A DNA stretch of 64,000 bases, taken from the NCBI GenBank assembly GCA_964016885.1, contig OZ024750.1:3534001-3598000 (forward strand), read 5' to 3'. This stretch comes from Eledone cirrhosa (lineage: Eukaryota). The position numbers and the translations under genes are program-made. The notes under the pieces were generated by a model. It saw nothing but the letters and a program-made list of their open reading frames with translations, had not been told where the DNA came from and did not search any database. Shown piece after piece: positions 12,348-25,440 of the stretch (positions are counted from its first letter, which is position 1; each line of letters begins with the position of its first letter).

Positions 12348-13858
12348 TATATATAAATATGTGGTTAAAAAAAAAGAGATAGAAAGAAAGAAAGAAAACT
12401 GCATATCATAAATGACAAACAAACGAATGTCACTTCAAACAGTAACTTGAATGTATATGACATGTTTATATTTGAAGAAATATTTCAGTGAGTTCCAACC
12501 TACTTTCGGGTCCCAAATAATAGGGGTGGGGGTGGAAAATTGGTCAGTAACGTTGGAATAAGCGGAGTGGGAGTGGGGGTGGGGGCTGTTAACTTTTCTA
12601 GGTTGTCTCCCTTGATGTTTTTTTTTTTAAACCAGAATTAGTCATTTAGTTTACATATTCAGACCCCCAACCTATCCTATATATTTTATAACATATGGGA
12701 TTTCTTTTTCTAGTAATGTTTTTTTTCTTTGTCATGTATAAATGCTTTTTTAATGTATAAAGAAAATTAAAAATCGCAGGAATGTTACCACATAATATAA
12801 AATTTCACCAGCGATAGATTAGCAAAAGCGGAGGCGGAATAAGAACGGTAGAAGGGAGGGGGGGGGGGGGGGTAATTCCTGTTCAGATTCCTAATTGGAC
12901 ACATGCAGCAAATATAAACATACTTCCTGATCTTATAGAGTATTGCTTTAAAATATGTCTGTGTGTGTTTGTAAAAAAAAAAATTGCTGACTAAATTGAT
13001 CCGTTGCTGGGCAACTGAAGATAATTCTTTCTCATTGCTAATCCTAAAACTCATCATCATCATCATCATAATATTGATATCAATGTATGGTTTTTTTCAA
13101 TGCTTTCATTGGTTTAGGCATGCATGGTAAACTAGTACATATTTTCTTTTTTTTATCTAACATAATAGTTTGATAACAATATTAAGTAAATGATTAATTA
13201 ATATACAATTTAATTAGTTTAATTATAGGGTTAAATCCTTGGCTAAAGACTATAGATAGAGTCGTGAGTCAAGGTTTTATCATAGTTGTGGTTGTGTAGG
13301 TATTACAACAAAAATCACCCAGCACAGAGTGTAAAGTGGTCATGTAGGAGTCACAACAAAAAGTACCCAGCCCACACTGTAAATGTGGGTGGCATTAGGA
13401 AGAGCAACCAGCTATAGAAACTAAGCCAGAAACAGGTCACCTGACCCAACTTGCCTCAAATGGGACAACCCATCTAACCCATGCTAGAGTGGAAAAGTGG
13501 ACGTTAAACGATGGTGATCATGATGATGATGATGATGATGATGATGATTAGACAAAACTATTTGCTGCAAGCTGTATGACTGGTAACAGGTATTTTGGCA
13601 AGCTTACAACTGAGTGGCTAACAATATATAAAAAGACAACCAACTCTAAAAGCAATTCTTCAATATTGATCAGGTCAATCAGGACTGACCTGGTGTTAGG
13701 CAACAACACTCTGGAAACATGTTGAATATATCTAAACTATTTAGAACAAACACACTACGCAGCAACACCCTAATTAACTACACCCTCACCGTTTGTACGT
13801 TACAACTCGTCCCTCACACTGAATGCTCTGCTAACTTTTTTACGAAATTCATTACACT

Positions 13859-13973
13859 ATATGAATATATATGTATATCTATATATATATATATATCTAT
13901 CTATATATATATATATATGTATATCTATATATATATATATATGTATATCTATATATATATATATATGTATATC

Positions 13974-14004
<31 letters not shown>

Positions 14005-14223
14005 CTATATATATGTATATCTATCTATATATATGTATATCTATCTATCTATATATATATATATGTATATCTATATATATATATATATGTATATCTATCT
14101 ATATATATATATGTATATCTATCTATATATATATATATATATATGTATATCTATATATATATCTATATATATATATATATGTATATCTATATCTATATAT
14201 ATGTATATCTATATCTATATATA

Positions 14224-14276
<53 letters not shown>

Positions 14277-14788
14277 CTATATATATATATATATATCTAT
14301 ATATATATATATATATATGTTATCCATGTGCAACCATGCAGTATTCTTCTCCCCATATTTTTCACTTATATATATATATATATGTATGTATATCTATATA
14401 TATATATCTATATCTATATATATATATATATCTATATATATATGTATATCTATATATATATATATATATCTATATATATATATATATATATCTATATCTA
14501 TATATATATATATATCTATATATATATGTATATATATATGTATGTATATCTATATATATATATCTATATATATATATCTATATATATATGTATATCTATA
14601 TATATATATATATATATATGTATATCTATATATATATATATATATATATGTATATCTATATATATCTATATATCTATATATATATCTATATATATATATA
14701 TATATATAGATATATATATATATATATATAGATATATATATATATATATATAGATATATATATATATAGATATACACATATATATATA

Positions 14789-14824
<36 letters not shown>
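13859..14824. repeat. Compound (TA)n/(TATC)/(TATG) microsatellite
   Basis: Direct reading; source of the spurious YI-rich ORFs. Confidence 0.97.
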
Positions 14825-15010
14825 CTCTTTTACCTGTTCCAGTCATCTGGCTGAGGCCATGCTGGATGTACAGAGATAGAGAGATAGATATAGTTTAGGT
14901 TATTCAGTGTGTGGTGTACTGGAGGTAGTACCAATATAAGCACTCTATGCTATAACAGGATGTATATATTAAGCTTAATACAAAGATGTTTCACATTAAT
15001 GTTTTTATTG

Positions 15011-15316
15011 ATTATCGACCCATTACGCATGTTTCACAGATGATTGGTTCAAGGTCCATTTGAATGTTAAAGACTTGACTCCAGTTTTGATCTGCACATC
15101 AGTCATGATGATTATCGACACGTTACAGATGTTTCGCAGATGATTGGCTCAAGGTCCATTTGGATGTTATAGACTTGACCCCACTATTGATCTGCACATC
15201 AATCATGGTGATTCAGCTAAAAACAAAATATGATTTAATTTTATCAGAATCAGCAGATCAATACTAGAGACAAGCCAACTAAAACATCAACATGGGCCTT
15301 GAGCCAATTAACTGAT
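15011..15316. repeat. 100-bp tandem duplication plus an inverted partial third copy
   Basis: 15011-15110 ~ 15111-15210; 15253-15316 is a diverged reverse complement of the unit core. Confidence 0.8.
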
Positions 15317-15637
15317 GTGTGGTTTTATTGCCTCTAACCAGATTGAAAAATATATCAACTAGACAATAATTATTATAATATACTTCTGGTTAATATGGAT
15401 TGGCAGTATCAGTAGAACGTCAGACACCATGTTTTGTAGCATAGAGTTATGGCTTTTTACATTCTGAGTTCAAATCCCGTCGAGGTTAGCTTTGCCTTTC
15501 ATACTTACGGGGTCAATAAAATAAAGTACCAGTAATGCACTGGGGTAATTGCTGGCCTTGTACCAAAAGTAGAAACAATTATTATTTCATAATTAAAGGG
15601 TTGTAATAGTTAAAGATAAGATTCTTGAATAGTTTAA

Positions 15638-15858
15638 CCCTTTAGCATTTACATTACTTTCTATTTACTATTATATCTTCACAGTAAAGGCTTTACCTCA
15701 CATAAATATCTCACATAATATCGAATCTATGAGATTTAGATAATATTTATTTTGAGAACAATACCTTAACATCAGTATGAGCTGTCAGTTACAGCTGGTT
15801 TGAACAGAAAAAGGTGAGAGTATTCTGGCCGGATATGGCCAGTTTAAATGCTAAAGGG
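15638..15858 (+). mobile_element. piggyBac-type MITE (copy 2)
   Basis: TTAA|CCCTTTAGCATTTA ... TAAATGCTAAAGGG|TTAA. Confidence 0.88.
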
Positions 15859-16104
15859 TTAAAAATATAGTTATCCCCTAGCAAATATATTTTTAGATGT
15901 TACAGTTAATCTGTGTATAAGGATTTTGAAAGTGATCACATTGAAATATATAGCGAACATAACTAGATTTAATGAAAGGTTAGTACTGTCAGATAGAGAT
16001 AATTCTCAACCTTCTCTCAGGCTGAGTAGATTAATACTAAACTGAAGTGATAATCACAAAATTAATGGTTTTAGACTAAATTAATCACCACTATGCTACA
16101 GACA

Positions 16105-16575
16105 GATATCATCATCATCAACATTATCATGAACAGCGCACCACCACGTCATCATCACCACTACCACCACCACCACTGCCCTATCTTCATCACCACCACT
16201 ACCACCACCACCACCACCATCACTACCCCACCATCACCATCACCACCATCACCACCACCACTGCCCCATCATCATCACCACCACTACCACCACCATTACC
16301 CTATCATCATCATCACCATCACCACCTCCACCACTACCCTATCATCACCACCATCATCACCACTACCCCACCATCACCACCACCACCACCACCACCACCA
16401 CCATCACTACCCCACCACCACAAAGGTGCACAGAATGGCACAGAGTGTCACAGGGGGACACACAAAGGTGCACAGAATGGTACAGAGTGTCACAGGGGGA
16501 CACACAAAGGTGCACAGAATGGCACAGAGTGGTACAGAGGGTCATAGAGTGGTACAGAATGGTACAGAGGGTCAC
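16105..16575. repeat. (CAC/CAT)n tract followed by a 42-bp minisatellite built from 10-11-bp subunits
   Basis: CACAAAGGTGCACAGAATGG(C/T)ACAGAGTGTCACAGGGGGACA repeated ~3x from 16419. Confidence 0.88.
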
Positions 16576-16949
16576 TATTAGAAGCAGTGAATACCTTAAC
16601 ACAACAGATGATGTAAGATACCCAAAAAAAAACATCATACAAAGGAATAGTTAGCATGATAGGTTCATAGGAGTTGACCTTTGTCTCATTGTAGAGAGGC
16701 TGATTGTTCTAGAATGTTTATAGAGTTTATCTATTGTTCACTTCTTTGTCATTTGTAGCTTGAAGAAGAGATGTACTCACTGACCCACCAAGATAAATCC
16801 ATTATATTACAGGTTTTATCTTTATAGAAGATATACTATCAGGAAGTCTCTTCAGCTATGTCAAAGACATGACAATTTCTCTAACGTTGGTGCCATGATA
16901 AAACATGATAAAATGCACTTGGTAACACACGGGATATATACAGTGGGGT

Positions 16950-17315
16950 ATTTATCATGACACCAACACTACCACTTTACAGAGTGTACTGGGTGTATTA
17001 TATCATGACACAAACACTACCACTTTACAGAGTGTACAGGGTGTATTTTATCATGACACCAACACTACCACTTTACAGAGTGTAGAGGGTGTATTTTATC
17101 ATGGTATCAACACTACCACTTTACAGAGTGTACTGGGTGTATTATATCATGACACAAACACTACCACTTTACAGAGTGTACAGGGTGTATTTTATCATGA
17201 CACCAACACTACCACTTTACAGAGTGTAGAGGGTGTATTTTATCATGGTATCAACACTACCACTTTACAGAGTGTACTGTGTGTATTTTATCATGGCATC
17301 AACACTACCACTTTA
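16950..17315. repeat. 48-bp minisatellite (~8 units) with a 144-bp higher-order repeat, derived from a SINE segment
   Basis: ACCACTTTA every 48 bp from 16971 to 17307; variants ACTGGG/ACAGGG/AGAGGG recur in that order twice. Confidence 0.9.
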
Positions 17316-17519
17316 TCTCTATATAAAATACAAACACTACTGTAGAATACTTCAACCTCTTTTCCTTGCTACTGCTTTATGGCCACCAATCCAACTTTCT
17401 CCAGCTGTGAACATTTCATCCTTATTATAAATAGATCTCTCAATATACATTCAATATAAACTGAAGCTAATTATAGATACATACATATATATATATATGC
17501 CTTTGTGTGTGTTTGCTTG

Positions 17520-17581
<62 letters not shown>

Positions 17582-19089
17582 CACATCAAGATCCCAATTA
17601 TATATTTTCAAAGAAATGATAAATTCTATTTTTGTTTGGCACTATTATGTTGTCTTATTTTTAGAATCATTCAGCAAAGTTCCCACTTGTCTTAAAATGG
17701 TTATTATTCTGCCTGTGTTGTTATAATATTGGTGGAAATTGTTGCAACATTGAGTTTCTATTTATAAGGAAATATTAGCCATCTGTTATGTTTTTCATTA
17801 AATACTTTCACAGATGAATTTACAATACAAATAAACACAGTTTGTTCTATGTATTGTTACTTAATATGAAGAGGAGCACTTATTTAAAATCTGCTTTATA
17901 ATAGGAGAATTCCATACGTAAAACAATATATTATTAGTCCCAATTATTTTTTAATTAGTTTAAGATAATAATCACACATGTCATTATCACAATCATTTTT
18001 ATATCTGATTTTCCTTGTTTGTATGGGTTTGACAGGATGTTTTTCTGACAGATTAGTATGCCTGGATGCCCTTCCTGATGCCAACCCATACTTTATCTTT
18101 AAAGTATGCTATATACCATGGTGGGGAATTGGCAGAGGCAATAGAATGTTGGATAGCATGCTCCATGGTATTTGTTCTGGCTCTCTATGTTGTCAGCTCA
18201 AATCCCACTGAGTTTAACTTTACCTTTTATCCTTTCAAGGTCGATAAAAACAAGTACCAGTAATGTACAGGGATCAATTCTTCCTCTATATCTCTTTCTT
18301 ACTTCCTCTCTATCACTCTCTCACTCTTTCTCCCCAAAAGATCTGCTGTATTCAAACCTGGAGATGGGGTGGGCTCCTCCAGGTTTGAAAAAATACACAA
18401 GACATGGCATATGTCACTACAAACACCCCTACAACTCCACCAGGAATTAAGGATGCATACATACATGGTATATACCACTCATAGTCAATAGAATAAAGTA
18501 CCAGTTATTGGTACTTTATTCTATTGACTCTGGAAGAATAAAAGACAAAGTTGACCTCAACAGGATTTAAACTCAGAATGTAGAAAGTATTTATCCAATG
18601 TTCTACCAATACAACCAATCCACCACACTTATGTTTCTACCTATTATAATCATTTTCAAACAAAAATCATTCTTCCGTCACACCTTCCGTCTTTCCCCTT
18701 CCTTTTTCCATTTTTTAAAAATATTTTCTTATTTTACATTCCATTCTTTTTTCTCAATCTAAAAATTGTTTTTCTTCTTTTTCTATTAAATTGTTCTTAC
18801 TATTATAAACATCAGTTTACTACTGTAAAAAACAATAACATAATTATACAAACATTTCTGATTTATGGAGAATGAAGAATGAGATTGTGTGATGTTCATG
18901 TTTTTCCCAAAGATAATAGCAACAGAAAGGAAGAAGTGAACTGGTTTTATTCAAAGAATTAAAACTCATTTGATCAACACTAAATCATGTTAAGACCCTA
19001 AATAGTATTTTACACGATACTAATTTAACCTTTGTGTACTGATAGAGTTTATTAGACATATGTGTACTAACATAATACTTAGTATATAA

Positions 19090-19940
19090 TGTGTGTATGT
19101 GTATTAGTGTATGTATGTGTTGATGTATTGGTATCTGTGTTGGTGTGTGTGTTGTGTATTAGTGCGTATGTGTGTTAGTGCGTGTGTGTATTAGTGTGTA
19201 TGTGTGTGTATTAGAGTGTGTGTTTGTTGTGTATTGGTGCATATGTGTGTGTATTAGAGGAGTGTGTGTGTTGTGTATTGGTGCGTATGTGTGTGATTAG
19301 TGTGTGTGTGTTGGTGTCTGTGTGTGTGTCTGTGTGTGTGGGTGGGTGTCCATATGTGTGTGTGTCTGTGTGTGTGGGTGGGTGTCCATATGTGTGTGTG
19401 TCTGTGTGTGTGGGTGGGTGTCCATATGTGTGTGTATTGGTGTGTGTGAGGGGTGTATGTGGGTCTGTGTGTTGGTGTATATTTGTGTTGGTGTGTTGGT
19501 GTGTAGGTGTGTAGGTGTGTTGGTGTGTTGGTGTGTAGATGTGTTGATGTGTTAGTGTGTAGGTGTGTATGTGAACATACTAATATATTTGAAAATGTGT
19601 AAACCCATTAACTGGAACAAGAGAGACGCCATGAATAATGATATATATATTGATCAACTGACAACAAAATACATACCTACACACTTACATGCACATACAC
19701 ACATACATACATACAGACATACATACATGCATACATATATATACAGAGAGACACATACATACATACACACTGATTGTTATGCTATCTATGACAGCATAAC
19801 ACACACACACATACACATACTTATACACACAAATACACACACATACTAATACACACAAATACAGACATACACACACACATACTTATACACACAAATACAG
19901 ACAGACATACATACATGCACACTCACTTATACACACACAT
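19090..19940. repeat. Degenerate (GT)n tract (19090-19570) facing a degenerate (AC)n tract (19670-19940)
   Basis: Direct reading. Confidence 0.9.
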
Positions 19941-20984
19941 TGCTATGCTATCTCTGATTAAAAGCCAGCTAATTAATTAGCTAAACTATTGGACAGTCAG
20001 CCAAGATGTCAGCAGTTTTGTTGGTATTTGTAGTATTATCACCTACAGTTCATTATGTTCTTAACTAAGACATACAGCTTTTACTGGCCAACTACACCAA
20101 ACACTAAGTTGATATCAGGGTTGTATAATTAACCTAGCTACGCAGTAACAATACTGTACAGCTGACAACTTTATAGTGTGGTAGTTGGCTTGTTATGATC
20201 AGTTTAATCTGTTCCCCACACACAGAGACACCTCCAAAGACACCCACCCTTTCATTGTCATCCTTCGTTGTCATTCATCATTTTTACAGCCACTTTTCCA
20301 TACTTACATGGGCATGACAACTGGATGGGTCTTTTTCAGAACTGCATCTCTCCATCTACTGCGTTCCTAAGTTATCTTCTCTGCGAGGTTCAATGCTTTC
20401 AAATCTTCCCTCACCACTTCTGCCCAGTTCTTCTTTGGCCCTTCTTCACCCAATAATCATCATCCATATACCTCAAACGGCCATTTTCAGATCTGCCCTC
20501 ACCACTTCTGCCCAAGTCTTCTTTGGCCCTTCTTCTACTGCTATTTTTCTTCCACTGAGACCTCCTGGCACTTCTTCACACTTCTCATGCAACATTCATC
20601 ATCTATATGCCTTGTATGGCCATTTTCAGATCTGCCCAGGTCGATGATGATGATGACGAATGTCGAGAACCAGAACAAATACCACGTGACATTTTATCTG
20701 ACACTCTACCAATTCTAGCAATATCTCCTTCATAACTTTTTATGTAAAAAATAGGTAAAGAAGGTGTTCAACTGTGAATTGGTTTCCTTTAAATGTGTAA
20801 CACATGTAATATTAATGCCATTTAATGAAACTTTATTGCTGAGTCACCATTGGGATGTCTTTTTATGGTGGTTTTACTAATGGAAGATGTACAGATCAAG
20901 CTGGAGGGCAGAGTTATATCACTTGGTTAAATGAAGTGTACAGAGAATGGTGGTAGTGGTATGGGGGGAGTCATGGTGATAGTT

Positions 20985-21232
20985 GTGGTGAGGTGATGGT
21001 GGTGATGATGATGATCGTGATGGTGATGACAGTGATAGTGGTGATGGTGGCAATGATAATAGTAGAGGTGATGGTTGTGATGATGATGGCTGTGATGATG
21101 GTGGTGGTGGTGGTGAAGGAGGTGATGATGGTGGTGATGGAGGTGGTGGCAGTGATGATGATGATGATGATGATGATGGTGATGGTGATGGTAATGATGA
21201 TGATGATGGTGATGGAAGAGGTGATGATGATG
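20985..21232. repeat. (GAT/GGT)n trinucleotide tract
   Basis: Direct reading. Confidence 0.92.
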
Positions 21233-21480
21233 GAAAATGAGAGGGAATATATAGGTTAATATCCTCAGCGTAGCAATTAGTGTCATTGAAAGTAACAGCT
21301 CATAGATCATTAATGTAGAACAGAAATTACTGAGCCTTGGGATATATCAGAGTTGAAAAACAAGACATATGAATGTGATTTCTCTCAACTTATTCAGTTT
21401 ACAATCTACAGGTTGGCCCTTTCAATACCAAATTGCTTGGAACTGACCCTGGTCTTATGACACAAAGATGTTTATTTTAA

Positions 21481-21774
21481 CCCTTTAGCATTTACATTAC
21501 ACTATATACACTATTGTATTTTCACAGTAAAGGATTTACCTCACATAAATATCTTACATAACATTTACATTACTCTATAGATACTATTGTATTTTCACAG
21601 GAAAGGCTTTACCTCACATAATTATCTTACATAATATCAAATCTATGAGATTTTGATATTATTTATTTTGAGAACAATGCCTTAACATCAGTATGAGCGG
21701 CCAGTTACAGCCAGTTTGAAGAAAAAGAGGTGAGAGAATTCTGGCTGGATACAGCTGGTTTAAATGCTAAAGGG
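21481..21774 (+). mobile_element. piggyBac-type MITE (copy 3) with ~70-bp internal duplication
   Basis: TTAA|CCCTTTAGCATTTAC ... TAAATGCTAAAGGG|TAAA; CATTTACATTAC segment repeated. Confidence 0.85.
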
Positions 21775-21852
21775 TAAAAGTATTTATATTTGTTTAAAAA
21801 TATTGGATCATAATTTTATGTAAGAAGCTTTGTTAAGTTATGTTCCAAATAT

Positions 21853-22035
21853 CAGCTTTGAGCCCAGGCTCTGTTGCCTGCCAAGCCGAAGAGGGCAAAC
21901 TGTCCAAGTATTGGCTGCTCTTGGATAGGTTTGTAGTAGAGCCTGTAGCAGTGGAGACTTGCAGCATTCTTAGCTCTCCAAACCACATCCTGCACGCTGC
22001 TATTGGAGCGGAGCTGGCTACCCACAAGGCCTGAC
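21853..22035 (+). mobile_element. Non-LTR retrotransposon fragment, CRE-like endonuclease region
   Basis: Translation ACQAEEGKLSKYWLLLDRFVVEPVAVETCSILS..AIGAELA fits the AE..K..KY / P.AVET.G pattern; second copy at 4240-4490 (-). Confidence 0.58.
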
Positions 22036-22119
22036 AGATATCATGGTTTCTACAGCTGGATGTCCTTTCTAATGTCAGCCACTTCACACCATGTACTGGG
22101 TTTGTTTTCTTGGAGAACC

Positions 22120-22400
22120 ACCACTACCGCTTTACAGAGTAGACTAAGTGCATTATATCATGGCACCAGCATTGCTGCTTTACAGAGTAGGCTAGGTGCA
22201 TCTTATTATGGCATCAGCACTAATGTTTTACAGAGTAAGCTAGGTGCATTTTATTATAGCATCAGCACTGCTTTTACAGTGTAGACTGAGTGCATTATAT
22301 CATGGTACCAGCACTGCTGCTTTTCAGAGTAGGCTAGGTGCATTTTATCATAACACCAGCACATTCACTTTCCAGTATAAGCTGAATGCATTGTGGAAAC
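22120..22400. repeat. Degenerate 48-bp SINE-derived tandem array (~6 units)
   Basis: TTTACAGAGTAG(A/G)CTA(A/G)GTGCATT.TATCATGGCACCAGCA units, homologous to the 16950 array. Confidence 0.8.
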
Positions 22401-23155
22401 AGCATTACCACATTTCAACACTAGGGCACTTGTGTCCTCTGCCAAGTGGAAGGGATAGAGTTAGGGTGTGACAGAGGGGGAAACAGGATGTAAGCTTCCT
22501 ATTACTATCCCATGGAAAGAGGGGTAACTTTAAGAGCGGCGAAGTGGCATCTGACAATATTGTGAGGTGTGCCTCACTTTCCATGCTGGCATAGTTGGGC
22601 AAAGAGGGGGTAATTCTGGGATAAAATTCAGTCAGCAAGTTATTTAGCAGGGGATTTACTGTTAATATAGTATCTATGCTATTATATATATACTTGAATA
22701 TATATTATTTAAGCTTTAATACCTATTTGCTAGTTATATGATCCTAAAATCAGTTTAAGGATTACCACAGAGAAAAGCTTAAGAATTTATGAAACAGAAG
22801 TATATGTTTCAGTTTGTACATACTCTGCAACCATATCAGTATTTGTGCCAAAATACAAATCCCTGGGAATTTATTTAATTATGTTACTGTTGTTTGTGTT
22901 TCCAACACATGAAACCTAACACTATATTTTTTTATCCAATTATTATTATTCTCTTCTCTACATATCTCTATTCTTCTTGTAGTCATTGAAGTCTCCCATT
23001 ACATTCTTGTAGATAAGGAAATCTTAACATAACTTTAAAGTCTTCACTTTTTTTTTCTAAAAGCATCACAAACAGCGGCTGTCACAATAACTGCCACTAC
23101 CTCAACACACTTATTCTATATTGATGGAGTATATGTAATATTTATTATATTTATT

Positions 23156-23369
23156 AGGTTGGCTGAAATGTCAAAGAAGGAAGTTCATAGGCTGAAAACA
23201 TCATAGGCTGACCAAGATACTCTCATGGAATGACCAAATGAGGTTTATTTTTCAACATAGTCCCTGGAAAGAAACAATGCAGTTATTAATAAGAAGAGTT
23301 GAAATTAATGCATGCAAGATTTAACAGCTCTAGCATCACTCCTTCATAGTCAGTCTATGAACTTTTCAG

Positions 23370-23411
<42 letters not shown>

Positions 23412-23465
23412 GGTCAGCTGAACACTTGCCATTTCAAAACAGCAAGAGCTCAGCCGTTGGGTGCT

Positions 23466-23510
<45 letters not shown>

Positions 23511-23592
23511 GCAGTTATTAATAAGAAGAGTTAAAATTAATGCATGCAAGATTTCACAGCTCTAGCATCACTCCTTCATAGTCAGCTTATGA
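23156..23592. mobile_element. Mariner-like non-autonomous element with partial duplication; related pieces at ~36872-37035 (+) and ~27953-28000 (-)
   Basis: GGCTGAAAA..CATAGGCTGAC ... GTCAGTCTATGAACTTTTCAGCC inverted ends; shared CCAAGATACTCTCATGGAAT core. Confidence 0.6.
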
Positions 23593-23966
23593 AACTATAT
23601 CTCTTAGTGAAGCAATCCAGTGACACCATTTCCATTCCTCTTTTAGTTACATCCCTCCATTTATTCTATGTAAGACTTCACATAATCTAATTTTCTTTCC
23701 TCAAAAAAGAAGTCTTTTCTTTAAGAAATCAATATTCATTATATATTCATATTGATCATATTGATATTGTCAATCTAATAAAAACAACAACATATGAAAC
23801 CATATTAAACATTTCTTGTGTATTTAACTTAAGAATACTTCAATTCATTCAAATCAAATAATACATTACATGGCTACACAGACACATATGTGTATGTATG
23901 TATATATATATATATACACATGTATATGTATATATCATCATCATTTAATGTTCATTTTCCATGCTA

Positions 23967-24054
<88 letters not shown>

Positions 24055-24123
24055 CCTTTTCCAAGAAACATGAAAATAATAAGCCTGTAATCGTATCACA
24101 GTGTCTTTTTATATTCTTGAGAG

Positions 24124-24184
<61 letters not shown>

Positions 24185-25120
24185 GATAATATTAAATTAG
24201 TGTGTACAGTGCTCAGATGTACTACATATATACACACACACACATATATAAGAATGATTTTCCAAGGAATATCAGGAAGATACCACAGTTAAATAAGGTA
24301 CTCAAAAGGAAGGGGGGAGGGTGTAGTTATGGTGAGAACACCCAAGTGGTGGCGTAGATGGTGTGGCCAATAGCACAAGGGTGAGAGGGCATTCTCTGTC
24401 TTTGTTCTGTGTGACACTATGTTGGTAAAAAGCACCCAGGCCACATTGTATAGTGGTCGTGTAGATGTCATGACAAAAAGCACCCAGTATACACTGTAAA
24501 CGAGGTTGGCGTTAGGAAGGGCATCCATCCAGCTGTAGAAACCAGGCCAGAAATCAGTTTTGTACGAGCAAGACATGGTCACCTGACCTAACATTGCCCT
24601 CAACAGGACAACTTGTCTAACTCATGCCGGTGTGAAAAAATGGACGTAAATCGATGATAATGATGATGATGATGATGATATGCACACACACACACAGACA
24701 CACACATAAGAGGAAAGAATGCCATATATGACTCAAGGGAATAAACAAATTAAAGTTTCATTTAATATTCAGTAAAAGAATGCAGTAAAAATGTCTAAAA
24801 CAAAAGTACATTAACTCTTAACCTTCTGTTATGATTTAGTATCTTTACTAGTGAACAAATTGCTGAGAAAATTTGCAGTATTTGAGCAATGACCTCGATT
24901 TTTAATGCATTGCAATCATTGTGTTGGTTGGTACTTTTTAAAGATGTCTTGTAAATGTGGTTTCATGTGTAATAAGATGTTAAGAGTTGAATTAAATGCA
25001 TGACTGCATTTAATTCCAGTCTTTTATGTTCTCAGCTCATATTTCACAGATCTGAATTCCATTATACCATGGTGAATAAAATAAGTCCCAGTAATATGAT
25101 TTAATTTACTTGTACTCTCT

Positions 25121-25440
25121 GTGAAAGCACGTGGTCTAGTGGTTAGAGCGTCAGATTCAATCATGAGGTTGTGAGTTTGATTCCTAGACATAGTGATGTG
25201 TTGTGTTCTTGAGCAATTTCGCATTGATTCAGTTTACTCAGCTGTAAAAATGAGTTGTGACTTATCGGCCATTGCTTTTCCTTTGAACAACATCGGTGGT
25301 GTTGGAGAGGGGAGACTGGTATGCATGGGTGACTGTTGGTTTTCCACAAATAAACCTTTCCCCAACTTCTGCCTCGGAGGGAAACTTTCTAGGTGAAAAT
25401 CCCATGGTCATTCATGACCAAAGGAGAGGGGGTTCTTTAC
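25121..25440 (+). mobile_element. tRNA-headed CORE-type SINE
   Basis: A-box-like GTGGTCTAGTGG, B-box-like GAGTTTGATTCC, then CTTGAGCAA...CAGTTTACTCAGCTGTAAAAATGAG resembling the CORE domain; copies at ~29015-29665 (+), ~36285-36570 (-), ~590-660 (-). Confidence 0.72.

Noticed and set aside
16093-16581. His/Thr/Pro-rich ORF (also 20927-21310, 56143-56328, 8114-8350)
   Set aside because: Trinucleotide tracts that stay open by construction.
16950-17315. Regular 48-bp array as a CRISPR candidate
   Set aside because: No unique spacers; it is a contiguous SINE-derived tandem repeat.
25121-25200. tRNA-like sequence as a tRNA gene
   Set aside because: Degenerate stems, and it continues directly into a CORE-like SINE body found in several copies.
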